NCBI RefSeq assembly: GCF_003918875.1
Contig: NW_025767079.1
Coordinates: forward strand, 6,448,001 to 6,512,000
Length of the DNA stretch: 64,000 bases
Source of the DNA: Haliotis rubra
Lineage: Eukaryota
Direction: 5' to 3'
Position numbers and translations under genes: made by a program. The notes under the pieces are model-generated. The model worked only from the letters and a program-made list of their open reading frames with translations, was not told where the DNA came from and searched no databases. Below, one piece after another: positions 35,497-48,745 of this stretch. Position 1 is the first letter of the stretch. Each line of letters opens with the position of its first letter.

Positions 35497-38400
35497 TGTG
35501 TGGATTGTCCACTTTACGTTATGAGATGATCAAATGGTCGAGTGGACTGTCCACATTACGTAATGAGATGATCAAATGGGTGAGTGGACTGTCCACATTA
35601 CGTAATGAGATGATCAAATGGGTGAGTGGACTGTTCACATTACGTAATGAGAAGATCAAATGGGTGAGTGGACTGTCCAAATTACGTAATGAGATGATCA
35701 AATTGGTGAGTGGACTGTCCAGATTACGTAATGAGAAGATCAAAAGGGTGAGTGGACTGTCCACAATACGTAATGGTCTGAGATGATCAAAAGGGTCAGC
35801 GGACTGTTCACATTACGTAATGAGAAGATCAAATGGCTGAGTGGACTGTCCACAATACGTAATGATCTGAGATGATCATATGGGTGAGTGGACTGTTCAC
35901 ATTACATAATGAGATGATCAAATGGGTCAGCGGACTGTCCACATTATGTAATGAGATGATCAAATGGGTGAGTGGACTGTCCACATTACGTAATGAGATG
36001 ATCAAATGGGTGAGTAGACTGTTCACATTACGCATGAGATGATCAAATGGGTCAGCGGACTGTCCACATTACGTAATGATCTGAAATGGTCAAAAAGGGC
36101 GAGGAGACTGTCCAAATTACGTAATGAGATGATCAAACGGGTGAGCGTACTGTCCACACTACGAAATGAGCTGAGATGATCAAATGGGTGAGTGGACTGT
36201 CCACATTACGTAATGAGATGATGAAATTGGTGAGTGTATTGTCCACATTACGTAATGAGATGATCAAATCGGTGAGTGGACTGTCCACATTACATGATGA
36301 GATGATCAAATGGGTGAGTGGACTGTCCACATTACGTAATGAGATGATGAAATTGGTGAGTGGATTGTCCACATGACGTAATGAGGTGATCAAATTGGTG
36401 AGTGGATTGTCCACATTACGTAATGAGATTATCAAATGGGTGAGTGAACTGTCCACATTACGTAATATGATCAAATGGATGAGTGGAATGTCCACACTAC
36501 GTAATGAGCTGAGATGATCAAATGTTTGAGTAGATTGTCCACATTAAGTAATGCGATGATCAAACTGGTGAGTGGACTGTCCACATTACATGATGAGATG
36601 ATCAAATGGGTGGGTGGACTGTCCATATTACTCAATGAGATGATCAAATTGGTGAGTGAACTGTCCACATTACGTAATGCGATGATCAAACTGGTGAGTG
36701 GACTGTCCACATTACATGATGAGATGATCAAATGGGTCGGTGGACTGTCCATATTACTCAATGAGATGATCAAATGGGTGAGTGAACTGTCCACATTGCG
36801 TAATGAGATAATGAAACGGGTGAGTGGACTGTCCACATTACGTAATATGATCAAATGGATGAGTCGAATGTCCACACTACGTAATGAGCTGAGATGATCA
36901 AATGGGTGAGTGGACTGTCCACATTACGTAATGAGATGATCAAATGGTCGAGTGGACTGTCCACATTACGTAATGAGATGATCAAATGGGTGAGTGGACT
37001 GTCCTCATTACGCAATGAGATGATCAAATGGGTGAGTGGACTGTTCACATTACGTAATGAGAAGATCAAATGGGTGAGTGGACTGTCCAAATTACGTAAT
37101 GAGATGATCAAATTGGTGAGTGGACTGTCCAGATTACGTAATGAGAAGATCAAAAGGGTGAGTGGACTGTCCACAATACGTAATGGTCTGAGATGATCAA
37201 ATGGGTCAGCGGACTGTCCACATTATGTAATGAGATGATCAAATGGGTGAGTGGACTGTCCACATTACGTAATGAGATGATCAAATGGGTGAGTGGACTG
37301 TTCACATTACGATAAATGAGAAGATCAAATGGGTGAGTGGACTGGACCAAATTACGTAATGAGATGATCAAATTGATGAGTGGACTGTCCAGATTACGTA
37401 ATGAGATCAAAAGATCAAATTACGTAATGAGATGATCAAATTGATGAGTGGACTGTCCACAATACGTAAAGATCAAAAGGGTGAGATGATCAAATCAAAA
37501 GGGTCAGTGGACTGTTCACATTACGTAATGAGAAGATCAAATGGCTGAGTGAACTGTCCACAATACGTAATGATCTGAGATGATCATATGGGTGAGTGGA
37601 CTGTTCACATTACATAATGAGATGATCAAATGGGTCAGCGGACTGTCCACATTATGTAATGAGATGATCAAATGGGTGAGTGGACTGTCCACATTACGTA
37701 ATGAGATGATCAAATGGGTGAGTAGACTGTTCACATTACGCATGAGATGATCAAATGGGTCAGCGGACTGTCCACATTACGTAATGATCTGAAATGGTCA
37801 AAAAGGGCGAGTAGACTGTCCAAATTACGTAATGAGATGATCAAACGGGTGAGCGTACTGTCCACACAACGAAATGAGCTGAGATGATCAAATGGGTGAG
37901 TGGACTGTCCACATTACGTAATGAGATGATGAAATTGGTGAGTGTATTGTCCACATTACGTAATGAGATGATCAAATCGGTGAGTGGACTGTCCACATTA
38001 CATGATGAGATGATCAAATGGGTGAGTGGACTGTCCACATTACGTAATGAGATGATGAAATTGGTGAGTGGATTGTCCACATGACGTAATGAGGTGATCA
38101 AATTGGTGAGTGAACTGTCCACATTACGTAATATGATCAAATGGATGAGTGGAATGTCCACACTACGTAATGAGCTGAGATGATCAAATGTTTGAGTAGA
38201 TTGTCCACATTAAGTAATGCGATGATCAAACTGGTGAGTGGACTGTCCACATTACATGATGAGATGATCAAATGGGTGGGTGGACTGTCCATATTACTCA
38301 ATGAGATGATGAAATTGGTGAGTGTATTGTCCACATTACGTAATGAGATGATCAAATCGGTGAGTGGATTGTCCACATTACGTAATGATATGATCAAATT

Positions 38401-38762
38401 GGTGCGTGGATTGTCCACATGGCGTAATGAGGTGATCAAATTGGTGAGTGGATTGTCCAAATTACGTAATGAGATAATCAAATGGGTGAGTGAACTGTCC
38501 ACATTACGTAATATGATCAAATGGATGAGTCGAATGTCCACACTACGTAATGATCTACGAGATGAGCTGAGATGATCAAATGTTTGAGTGAACTGTCCAC
38601 ATTACGTAATGAGATGATCAAATGGGTGAGTGGACTGTCCACATTACGTAATATGATCAAATGTTTGAGTTGACTTTCCTCATTACGCAATGAGATGATC
38701 AAATGGGTGAGTGGACTGTTCACATTACGTAATGAGATGATCAAATGGGTGAGTGGACTGTT
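35497..38762 (+). repeat. 42-bp satellite (ATGAGATGATCAAATGGGTGAGTGGACTGTCCACATTACGTA)n with 47- and 39-bp variants and a ~1.4-1.7-kb higher-order duplication
   Basis: 14-aa periodic ORFs on both strands; identical variant blocks offset by 1410, 1708 and 1666 bp in the ORF track. Confidence 0.97.
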
Positions 38763-39808
38763 CGAAATCGTCAAGCTGGTGAGTGACAATGGTCCTTCTG
38801 GTATTCCATCGTCAGGTTGAGATTACTTAATTGTAATCTAAGTCAGTCGTCCTCAAGACGCTTCTTTCAAAAACAACCCCCAGGAAAACCGTTTTGAGCA
38901 CTTAAAAATACATATGACTGATTTGTCAACATGGATCAATAATTGTCTTGTTTCTTTAATGGAAATAGCCAGTTTCCGTAGCAGTTATACCGTTAGAATA
39001 TACCTTTACAACAACACATGTTGGCGAGGAACGCACGTTAATTACTTGCGACAATGGACTTCTCAAATTTCCTTCATTTAGAAGTACGAGTTTGGCTCTG
39101 TCTCTTTAAATCACTGGTTTTATTGATCAAGAGGTTAGCGTCGTAACCAGACAACATGCTTTCCCTTACTCAGCCAACCACTGGTGGAATGGAAAGGGAA
39201 CACATGAAAAAAACCGCTTGCCCGTTATCACGTGGCTATTAACATTTGAAATGGGAAAGGCAGATTTTCTTCTTTGAACAGAATTTTAGGTATATCACGT
39301 CGTGTCAGGTTGATGTGGGGGAACAAACCCGGAGTAATTATAATGCCAGTCTTAGACATTTTCCACTTTTATGAAACCCACAATCACTGATTTCTACTAA
39401 AGGCCAGTCACACCATCGCACCAGCGCCATTTCCATTTCAGCAATCACGTGATATTGATGCAGATGACGTCATCATCAGAAATACATTACGTCCGGCTGT
39501 GGTCTTCTATTGAGGTGGACACTCTCGGTCTTCTACGTTTTGGACGATTAGGTGTCTGACCAGTTTGATTAAGAGGTCTTGTTATGGTCTGTCTACAGCC
39601 AGAGGCTCTGACAACATGGCTTATCGAAGTCCCATCTGCCTCATGCCGACGACTCCGTCTGGACATTTTTCTACGTGCGTTCGATCATAAAACTCTGAGT
39701 CAACCAAGGTTACACATTTCTGTCAACCATGGTTGCCTAGATTTAACCTATATAAAGAAGTGTTAATAAAAAATTAGAACACTGCTCCAAATAACAAACA
39801 TGATTCAG

Positions 39809-39835
39809 CAGAGACCATCTATTATATGGTCTCTG
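39809..39835. mobile_element. 27-bp palindromic micro-MITE with 7-bp TSD
   Basis: CAGAGACCAT-CTATTAT-ATGGTCTCTG flanked by GATTCAG at 39802-39808 and 39836-39842. Confidence 0.7.
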
Positions 39836-40640
39836 GATTCAGTCAGATATATAATTTCAAAATGGCTGCCCGGAGTTGGCGCATCACAACAGTCTTTGCT
39901 AAAACACGAAACTTGGAGAAGTTAACAAGTGTGTCATTGCTTTGACAAAGCTGTCTTTGAATGTGATCTATTTAATGCATGTAAAACGAAAAGAAAGGTT
40001 AAAATGATGCGTTGAACTCAAACAGAAATGCCAAATTACCATCCGAGTTGCATTATTGATTCTAAAATTTGTAAATCAACAATGGAAACTTACATTTCCC
40101 TCACGCTTATCAGAATACATTCATACTATCAATACTTAATTAATCATATCAGAATGCTTTTATTCATGATTAAATCAATAAATGAAACTGACTGGCTTTA
40201 ACGAAAAGGTCACTTCGAGGCCGGTAACCAGATTAGTGCACCCCGGGGATCTAGATTTAGGACAACCTGGAGCAACCCAACTATGACGTAAATCTGTCAA
40301 CATGTGCTTCCTTTGCACAAGACGCAGGAAGCAGTTTTTGGTGGCGTTTTGGCGACGTAATTACGGTTTTTGCATTTGGTTCGTAACATGTGTGTAGATT
40401 TTTTAAACACACATCTTGAAATACTCCCACAATTTGACATTGGTACTTTCTTTAGCATTAATTTTGGACTAGGGTAACCGCGGGCTGTACACAGTGACAC
40501 ACATTCGCTCACACTGGGAGGAGTGTTCCACTTTAATATTTTAAGAAAACTGCCTCCATATAGTTTCAAGACACTTCAAAATTCACACTTGGGTGGTTCC
40601 AGTTAATAGGTGATGTCTTCAGCAACCTGCGCGCCCGGAA

Positions 40641-40803
40641 GAGTGAGTGAGTTGGGTTTTACGCCGCTTTTAGCAATATTTCAGCAATATCACACCGGAG
40701 GACACCAGAAATGGGCTTCAGATATTGTACCCATGTGGGGAATCGAACCCGGGCCTTTGGCATGACGAGCAAATGCTTTAACAACTAGGCTACCCCACCG
40801 CCC
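40641..40803 (-). mobile_element. Family A SINE
   Basis: Full-length reverse-complement match. Confidence 0.88.
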
Positions 40804-40864
40804 GAGTCCCGAATAGATAAATGTACCGCCAGTTGACCTCTTGCATGTTATTGTATTTGAAGTG

Positions 40865-40970
40865 CCTGGATGCTCATGATGTCGATCACTGGGTTGTTCG
40901 GGCCCGGCTCGATGACTTACAAACGACCGCCATTTGAAGTACATGAACGAACGAATGAACGAACGAACAT
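40865..40970 (+). mobile_element. Family B retroposon 3' fragment
   Basis: gatgctcatgatgtcgatcactgggttgttcgggcccggctcgat...gaccgccat + (GAAC)n. Confidence 0.6.
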
Positions 40971-41654
40971 CATGCATCAGTTACGGTTTTCCTCCAAATT
41001 TTATATACCCACATTAATCCCTTCACACAACCACTTGTGGCTCTTTGCTGAGAAATAACTAGCCAAGTTAAATAAACAATTAACAAGATTGCAATTCAAT
41101 ATCGCGAGCCTTAAAATTCATTGAAATTTACTGACATGTTACACACAGTTAAGCTCCATAAAATAATGTAATGGAAAATAATTTTGTTGCCAGTGTCAAT
41201 ATTTTTCAGTTCGAAATCTACAACTGCTATAAACAAGACCAAGGTCACACGTTGTATATTTCAATACGTCACGTGAGTGACTTACATTTGATTACCCGTC
41301 ATGTAATGTCGGTTAATGTATTCGGGAACGACCCACCCAAACAGGTCTCGAACACTGAATACGCTTGTCATACTATGCTGTGCATGCTTCAGTCTGAGTG
41401 TTTCAGCTCACTAGCCCGTGTCGAGGATAGTGACAATTGAATATTGATGTCGGAATCGCTTATTCAGTCAGTCTATATTCATATCCAGACACGCACTCAG
41501 CTGCCGCCTAGTGCTATATTTAGAAGTCTCGACATTTATAAACATGTCACGTCCCTTGAATAAAAACAGTCGGTTAATAAAAACTATCAAGTGATATTTA
41601 CGATGTTTCGTATCTCTGGTGATTTCGTATCTCTGGCGGCCTCACTGGACGTGT

Positions 41655-44100
41655 GTCCAGTGTCTATCTGACCGTTCTAGTCGTGCGTCTATCTGACTGT
41701 CCTACTCGAGTGTCTATCTGACTGTTCTAGTCAAGTGTCTATCTGACACTTGTCCTACTGTCCAACTGTCCTAGTTGTGTGTCTATCTGACTGTTCCAGT
41801 CAAGTGGCTATCTAACCGTTCTAGTCGAGGGTCTATCTGACTGTCGTCGTCGAGTGACTATCTGACCGTTCTAGCCGAGGGTCTATCTGACTGTCGTAGT
41901 CGAGTGACTATCTGACCGTTCTAGTCGTGTGTCTATCTGACTGTTCTAGTCGTGTGTCTAACTGATTGTCCTAGTCGAGTGACTATCTGACTGTCGTAGT
42001 CGACTGACTGTCTGACCGTTCTAGTCGAATGGCTATCTCACTGTCATAGTCGAGGGTCTATCTAACTGTCCTACCCGTGTGTCTGTCTAACTGTCCTAGT
42101 CGTGTGTCTATCTGACTGTCCTAGTCGTGTGTCTATCTGACTGTCCTAGTCGTGTGTCTATCTGACTGTCCTAGTCGTGTGTCTATCTGACTGTCCTAGT
42201 CGTGTGTCTATCTGACTGTCCTAGTCGTGTGTCTATCTGACTGTCCTAGTCGCGGGTCTATCTGACTGTCCTAGTCGAGTGTCTATCTGACTGTCCTAGT
42301 CGTGTGTCTATCGGACTGTCCTAGTCGTGTGTATATCTGACTGTCCTAGTCGTGTGTCTATCTGACTGTCCTAGTCGCGTGTATATCTGACTGTCCTAGT
42401 CGTGTGTCTATCTGACTGTCCTAGTCGCGTGTATATCTGACTGTCCTAGTCGTGTGTCTATCTGACTGTCCTAGTCGTGTGTATATCTGACTGACTCCTA
42501 GTCTAGTTCGTGTGTCTATCTGACTGTCCTAGTCGTGTGTATATCTGACTGTCCTAGTCGTGTGTGTCTCTGACTGACTGTCCTAGTCGTCTGTCTGACG
42601 TGTATATCTGACTGTCCTAGTCGTGTGTCTATCTGACTGCCCTAGCTGTGTTTGTATCTGACTGTCCTAGTCGTGTGTCTATCTGACTGTCCTAGTCTGA
42701 CTGTCCTAGTCGTGTGTATATCTGACTGTCCTAGTCGTGTGTCTATCTGACTGTCCTAGTCGTGTGTCTATCTGACTGTCCTAGTCGTGTGTCTATCTGA
42801 CTGTCCTAGTCGTGTGTCTATCTGACTGTCCTAGTCGTGTGTCTATCTGACTGTCCTAGTCGTGTGTCTATCTGACTGTCCTAGTCGTGTGTCTATCTGA
42901 CTGTCCTAGTTGTGTGTCTATTTGACTGTCCTAATTGTGTGTCTATCTGACTGTCCTGGTCGAGTGTCTATCTGACTGTCCTAGTCGTGTGTATATCTGA
43001 CTGTCCTAGTCGTGTGTCTATCTGACTGTCCTAGTCGCGTGTATATCTGACTGTCCTAGTCGCGTGTATATCTGACTGTCCTAATTGTGTGTCTATCTGA
43101 CTGCCCTAGCTGTGTGTCTATCTGACTGTCCTACTCGAGTGTCTATCTGACTGTCCTAGTCGTGTGTCTATCTGACTGTCCTAGTCGTGTGTCTATCTAA
43201 CTGTCCTAGTCGTGTGTCTATCTGACTGTCCTAGTCGAGTGTCTATCTGACTGTCCTAGTCGTATGTATATCTGACTGTCCTAGTCGTGTGTCTATCTGA
43301 CTGTCCTAGTCACGTGTATATCTGACTGTCCTAATTGTGTGTCTATCTGACTGTCCTAGTCGAGTGTCTATCTGACTGTCCTAGTCGCGTGTATATCTGA
43401 CTGTCCTAGTCGTGTGTCTATCTGACTGTCCTAGTCGAGTGTCTATCTGACTGTCCTAGTCGTGTGTCTATCTGACTGTCCTAGTCGCGTATATCTGACT
43501 GTCCTAGTCGTGTGTCTATCTGACTGTCCTAGCCGTATGTATATCTGACTGTCCTAGTCGTGTGTCTATCTGACTGTCCTAGTCGCGGGTATATCTGACT
43601 GTCCTAATTGTGTGTCTATCTGACTGTCCTAGTCGTGTGTCTATCTGACTGCCCTAGCTGTGTGTGTATCTGACTGTCCTAGTCGTGTGTCTATCTGACT
43701 GTCCTATTCGTGTGTCTATCTGACTGTCCTGGTCGAGTGTCTATATGACTGTCCTAGTCGTGTGTCTATCTGACTGTCCTAGTCGAGTGTCTGTCTAACC
43801 TTCCTACTCGAGTGTCTATCTGACTGTCCTAGTCGTCGTGTCCTAGTCGAGTGTCTATCTGACTGTCCTAGTCGTGTGCTTATCTGACTGTCCTAGTCGA
43901 GCGTCTGTCTAACTGTCCTAGTCGTGTGTCTATCTGACTGTCCTAGTCGTGTGCCTATCTGACTGTCCTAGTCGTGTGTCTATCTGACTGTCCTAGTCGT
44001 GTGCCTATCTGACTGTCCTAGTCGTGTGTATATCTGACTGTCCTAGTCGAGCGTCTATCTGACTGTCCTAGTCGTGTGTCTATCTGACTGTCTATCTGAC
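41655..44100 (+). repeat. 25-bp minisatellite (CTGTCCTAGTCGTGTGTCTATCTGA)n, about 95 units
   Basis: Period 25; degenerate 5' edge, homogeneous core. Confidence 0.97.
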
Positions 44101-44109
44101 GATGCTTTG

Positions 44110-44350
44110 AGTAACGGGGCCCTGGTCAAGTGGACTGCGCGTCTGTCAGAAAGTTGGGGATTTGAGTCTCGACACGTCATATCGAAAGACGGTTAATGAG
44201 AGCGCCTTCTACGCTGCCTGGCACTCGACATTAACTGTAAAATACACGCACTGGTCAGTGCGGACTGGGACTGAGACTGGTGCCCATGTTAAACTGCGGA
44301 AAGGTTTGTCAGTATACGAGCAATTTAAAACCGGCATCTGTCATGACTAG
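44110..44350 (+). mobile_element. Old V-domain SINE (family G-related)
   Basis: Degenerate B box (gggatttgagtctc), then cgtcatatcgaaagac...ctgcctggcactcgacattaa resembling the V domain of 46570-46895. Confidence 0.55.
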
Positions 44351-44426
44351 AAATGTAGAACACATAACTACACAGGTACACATATATTCACGTCGCTAAC
44401 ATTAGCATCACGCTAATCCTGTGTCA

Positions 44427-44620
44427 GACCCGTGAAGATCTGGGTAAATTGGTCTTCAGCAACCCATGCGTGTCATAAAGGCGACAAACGGGATCGCCTC
44501 GGTTTGTTGACACGTGTCATCGTATCCGAATTGCGAAGATCGATGGTCATGCTGTCGATCACAGGATTATCTGGTTCAGACTCGATTATTTACAGGGACC
44601 ACCGTCATATAGATGGAATA
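44427..44620 (+). mobile_element. Family B retroposon, tail cut by a MITE
   Basis: GACCCGTGAAGATC head and body; stops at atagatggaata. Confidence 0.8.
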
Positions 44621-44621
44621 T

Positions 44622-44825
44622 AGAGTTCCTTCCGTTTCCCCATATTCTTTCTTCCGCAGATTAACAGAGGTAACGCAACGTGGTTCGACCCTATATCGTG
44701 TAATTGATTTTTGGGCCTTTAGTTATTTTTGAGTTCTCAAGTAATTATTGTGTTAGGTTTTGTTAATAATTTTAGCATTTATTAATTCATAGATATTATT
44801 TGGGATGGGGAACGGGAAGAACTCT
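44622..44825. mobile_element. TIR-bounded MITE (~204 bp)
   Basis: AGAGTTCCTTCCGTTTCCCCA versus TGGGGAACGGGAAGAACTCT (~20-bp imperfect TIRs), TA-rich flanks. Confidence 0.65.
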
Positions 44826-45611
44826 TACCGATAACCCTCAAACCAACCTTATAGATTATAAATTCAAACGAGGCATTACGGCGAAAAGATGGTTGAAATG
44901 ACTCTAGTCGTCCCCCACCTTTACGCATCGCAATGGAAATAACGTCACGGAAAAAAAGTAAATCACCTTATTGAAACAACCCCAATCGACTCGACATGAT
45001 TAATTTTATAGCTGCACTTAGATTAATTGCTGCTTGTCATTTTGGCCCATCCGTAAACCAACTACACAGAGCAGTGATTAACGGGATGTATTTCACTTGA
45101 TCGATTGACACATAAGCACGTGCAGTCATGTGTGAAGGTCGAGGTCACATTGGTGTCGACCGCAGTTTACGGAAACCTTACAGTAGGTTTGCAATCAACA
45201 CGTTTAATACAAATTAATATTAATTAATAACTTTGATGTCGAAATATCTTCATTGGAGCTTACAATAATAAAATATTTTCACGAGAAACTGATAGTAAAT
45301 CAATGTAAAAAGGTCATTACAAGCCAATCGTTAGGTGTTTTGCAATTAGTACAAAAAGATGTTTCTGTGAATTCTGTGAATCAATGAACATATATGTGAA
45401 CATACATGTAAATCTATTTAAATCCTACAATGGCTATTGACACTCAGGGTTGAAATTAGTGCAATTTTCAACATGCCCGTGTGATTTTATTGACTCTCTG
45501 GCTTGTCGTGTGCACCAAACCTTGTCACATCGATCACCTTCAAATAGCATCGATATCATATGTATATCACTTGAAAATCAGGTGTATATTAAATGGAATC
45601 AATGGTAATCT

Positions 45612-46130
45612 TGTTTTAGCAATATTACAGGAATGTCACTAGTAATATTGTTACAGCAATATTACAGAATGTCACAAGGTAACATTGTTTCAGCAATATA
45701 ACAGGAATGTCACAGGTATGTTACAGCAATATTACAGAAATGTTATAGGTAATATTGTTTCAGCAATATTACAGGAATGTCATAGGTAATATTGCTTCAG
45801 CAATATTACAGGAATGTCACAGGTATGTAAAGCAATATTACAGGAATGTCACAGGTAATATTGTTTCAGCAATATTACAGGAATGTCATAGGTGATATTG
45901 CTTCAGCAATATTACAGGAATGTCATAGGTAATATTGTTTCAGCAATATTACAGGAATGTCATAGGTAATATTGCTTCAGCAATATTACAGGAATGTCAT
46001 AGGTAATATTGTTTCAGCAATATTACAGGAATGCCACAGGTAATACTTTTACAGCAATGTTACAGAATGTCAAGGTAATATTGCTTCAGCAATATTACAG
46101 GAATGTGACAGGTATGTTACAGCAATATCA
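45612..46130 (+). repeat. 37-bp minisatellite (CAATATTACAGGAATGTCATAGGTAATATTGTTTCAG)n with shorter variants
   Basis: Direct periodicity; unit contains the AATATTG..CAATATT inverted repeat. Confidence 0.92.
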
Positions 46131-46574
46131 TAGTAACATGACAACAGTCTCACAGTTACACTACAACAGTTTCACTGTAATGTCATGGTTGTATCGCTGT
46201 AACATCAAAGTCACATCACTACAACATTGCAGCATTATGTCACAGCAATATCACAGCTACGTCTGTAGATAATGAAGCCAGGCCCATTGACTGATACATC
46301 CCTGTAAATTTCTCAGGTTCTTAATCTGGGTCTCCTTCCAAATTCAATGGGGTTATTTGTTATCGTCCAAATTCTATATATTCAGAGACTAAGCGTTCGT
46401 GCACCTTCTGACGCACATTCAGTTATGCGAAACATTGAAAATGGTGATCCACGTCAGACAGAGACACAGGTAAGTGGCACTGGGGGCACATCCTGTCTGG
46501 CAATCCTGTCCTTGACGAGGGACATGTTATTGTTCATCATCTTTGTTTGTTTAGTAAAGATAACCAAACATCTC

Positions 46575-46896
46575 TTAAACCGATAAAGGTCGCGGGTTCG
46601 AACCCCAACCGCGTCATTCCAAAAGACGTTAAAATATGGTACTTGTTGGTCCCTGCCTGGCGCTCGGCATTAATGGGTACAACAAGGACTGGTCGGCTCG
46701 GAGTCAGTATAATGTGTCTGAGTGGGGTATTCATGCTTCACTGCGGCATGGTATCTCAGTGGGCTAGCACTATAAAACCAGCTTCAGTCTGGGCTAGTAC
46801 GAGCAGCCGCACATAAACATACACACGCATGCACGTCATCATATGAGCGAAATATTCTCAAGCACGACGTAAAACCCAATTTCACCTCACCTCACC
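46575..46896 (+). mobile_element. V-domain SINE (family G), RUDI-like
   Basis: B box GGTTCGAACCCC; V-domain-like GTCATTCCAAAAGACGTTAAAATATGGTACTTGTTGGTCCCTGCCTGGCGCTCGGCATTAA; tail related to families A and B; (CTCAC)n end. Confidence 0.8.
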
Positions 46897-47486
46897 TTAA
46901 ACCGATAACCATGAAAATAATGACGAAAATCCAAAACTTGATTTCTTGTGGCCTTGCAATGGTGGATGTCATCATAAGCTGTTACAATCTCACCTGGCAG
47001 CTCGCGGCTTATATATACTGTATACATCATCAACAAACCGTCCTCAAACAGTGATACAAATATGATGCATGCATAAACTGCAAATAAATTATTGAACACC
47101 TATGCATGTTTATAGCTTTTGCATGTGTGCATGTCGAATAAAAAACGCAACACTTTTTGATAAAGAATATGAAATGTGGAGCAGAATTATTCCAAAGCTA
47201 GACGAGATTCAGATTGTGCTGTAGTGAAATTGGACAAAACCCACTTGGAGCCCTGGTGTCCACATGATAGACCCTATCAACGTACACACGTGATAGGAAT
47301 TATGCATTTGCATGAAGCGCCATGATGTCTACGTTTCCAATTTCCAGAGACCTGTTGAAACAGTAATTGGAATATTTAAGTTGAAAGTCATGTCATATTT
47401 ATTGTGTGAATTTTGCATGTATAAAGAGCAAACGAAATAAGCAAAATGTGTATTATATATTCAGTAGTTTTACTTATAGCTTGAAT

Positions 47487-47672
47487 NNNNNNNNNNNNNN
47501 NNNNNNNNNNNNNNNNNNNNNNNNNNNNNNNNNNNNNNNNNNNNNNNNNNNNNNNNNNNNNNNNNNNNNNNNNNNNNNNNNNNNNNNNNNNNNNNNNNNN
47601 NNNNNNNNNNNNNNNNNNNNNNNNNNNNNNNNNNNNNNNNNNNNNNNNNNNNNNNNNNNNNNNNNNNNNNNN
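47487..47672. other. Assembly gap (186 N) next to a degenerate (GT)n tract
   Basis: Run of N; TG-rich sequence at 47673-47830. Confidence 1.
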
Positions 47673-48548
47673 GCTTGTCTGCATTTTTGCTGTTTGTGTG
47701 GGAATGTGTGTGCGAGTTTGTGTCTATCAGAATGTGTGTATGCGCTCATGTGTGAGTTTGTGATTACATGTGTAAGCATGTGTGTGCGTGAGTTGATGTG
47801 TGGGTGCTTGCGGGTGTGTGTGTGTGACTGTATCTGAATGTGTCTACCGAGTGGTTCTTGTGTGCAGCAGCTGTGTCAGTCTGGTTCTAACTGCCAAGAT
47901 CCTTTGTATGATATACATATATTAAAATGCACAAATCATGATTTCATGTTCTTTGCACTTGAATGAAAGCAGCACATATAACTATGACAGGTTGAAATTT
48001 ATGACTATGATACTATACTGTAAACACGAAATACATTTACTGTATGTAGTGTTATAAATTCTCAATATGTCTCACAACACATGCCGTTAATATTAATATT
48101 TAAGGTATTTTCCACTTTTTCTAATAATATATCAATGACCTTGGTCATTAAAATTTACAACGCTTATCTTTGACATAAATTAGGCTGCACAAAAAAACAT
48201 CGGGCACATTTTTGGGGGGAGAATGGCGATAGGAAATTCTTCAAAATTTATTGAAAACAACATTGCAGATGAAGGAACACCTTGTCTCCCCCCAAGCTGA
48301 CCATAACGTAGAACTGACCACACATTGATGTCGGTGGTCAAGCAAGTCAGCCCACTTTAGAATTTGATTCATCTGAAGCAAGAGCAACCAGATTCATCTG
48401 AAGCAAGAACAAGCAAGTTTTTATTTTGTTTTAAATGTTGATGCTTCTTTTTTTGTTATTTTATTCTGACAATAACAATGAATGACGCGCAGGATTTCTC
48501 CTTCATGACCTTTACACATTACATTACTTCCAAACACAGCATTCATTA

Positions 48549-48745
48549 GAAGAATGAGGACAATTTATATGGATATATATCTTCTTTATTCTGTATTGGC
48601 GATGTTTCGACATAGATTCTAATGTCGTTGTCAAGCAAGTGATGACACTGGAATCTATGTCGAAACGTCGAATAAAGAAATGGTATATCCATAAAAATTG
48701 TCCTCATTCTTCACCTCATCAACTTCTAGAATGCCAATCAAAGAA
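48549..48745. mobile_element. Second palindromic Penelope-like hammerhead element
   Basis: Inverted arms 48549-48640 and ~48641-48712; the minus arm carries GC-TTGACAA-C-GACAT..ATGTC-GAAACATC-GC; the 3' extension matches the reverse complement of 25444-25480. Confidence 0.72.

Noticed and set aside
35497-38762. CRISPR array or repeat-protein gene
   Set aside because: Head-to-tail units with no unique spacers, no cas genes and a eukaryotic context; 47-bp variants repeatedly shift the frame
47388-47837. ORFs spanning the N run
   Set aside because: Artefacts of translating the assembly gap
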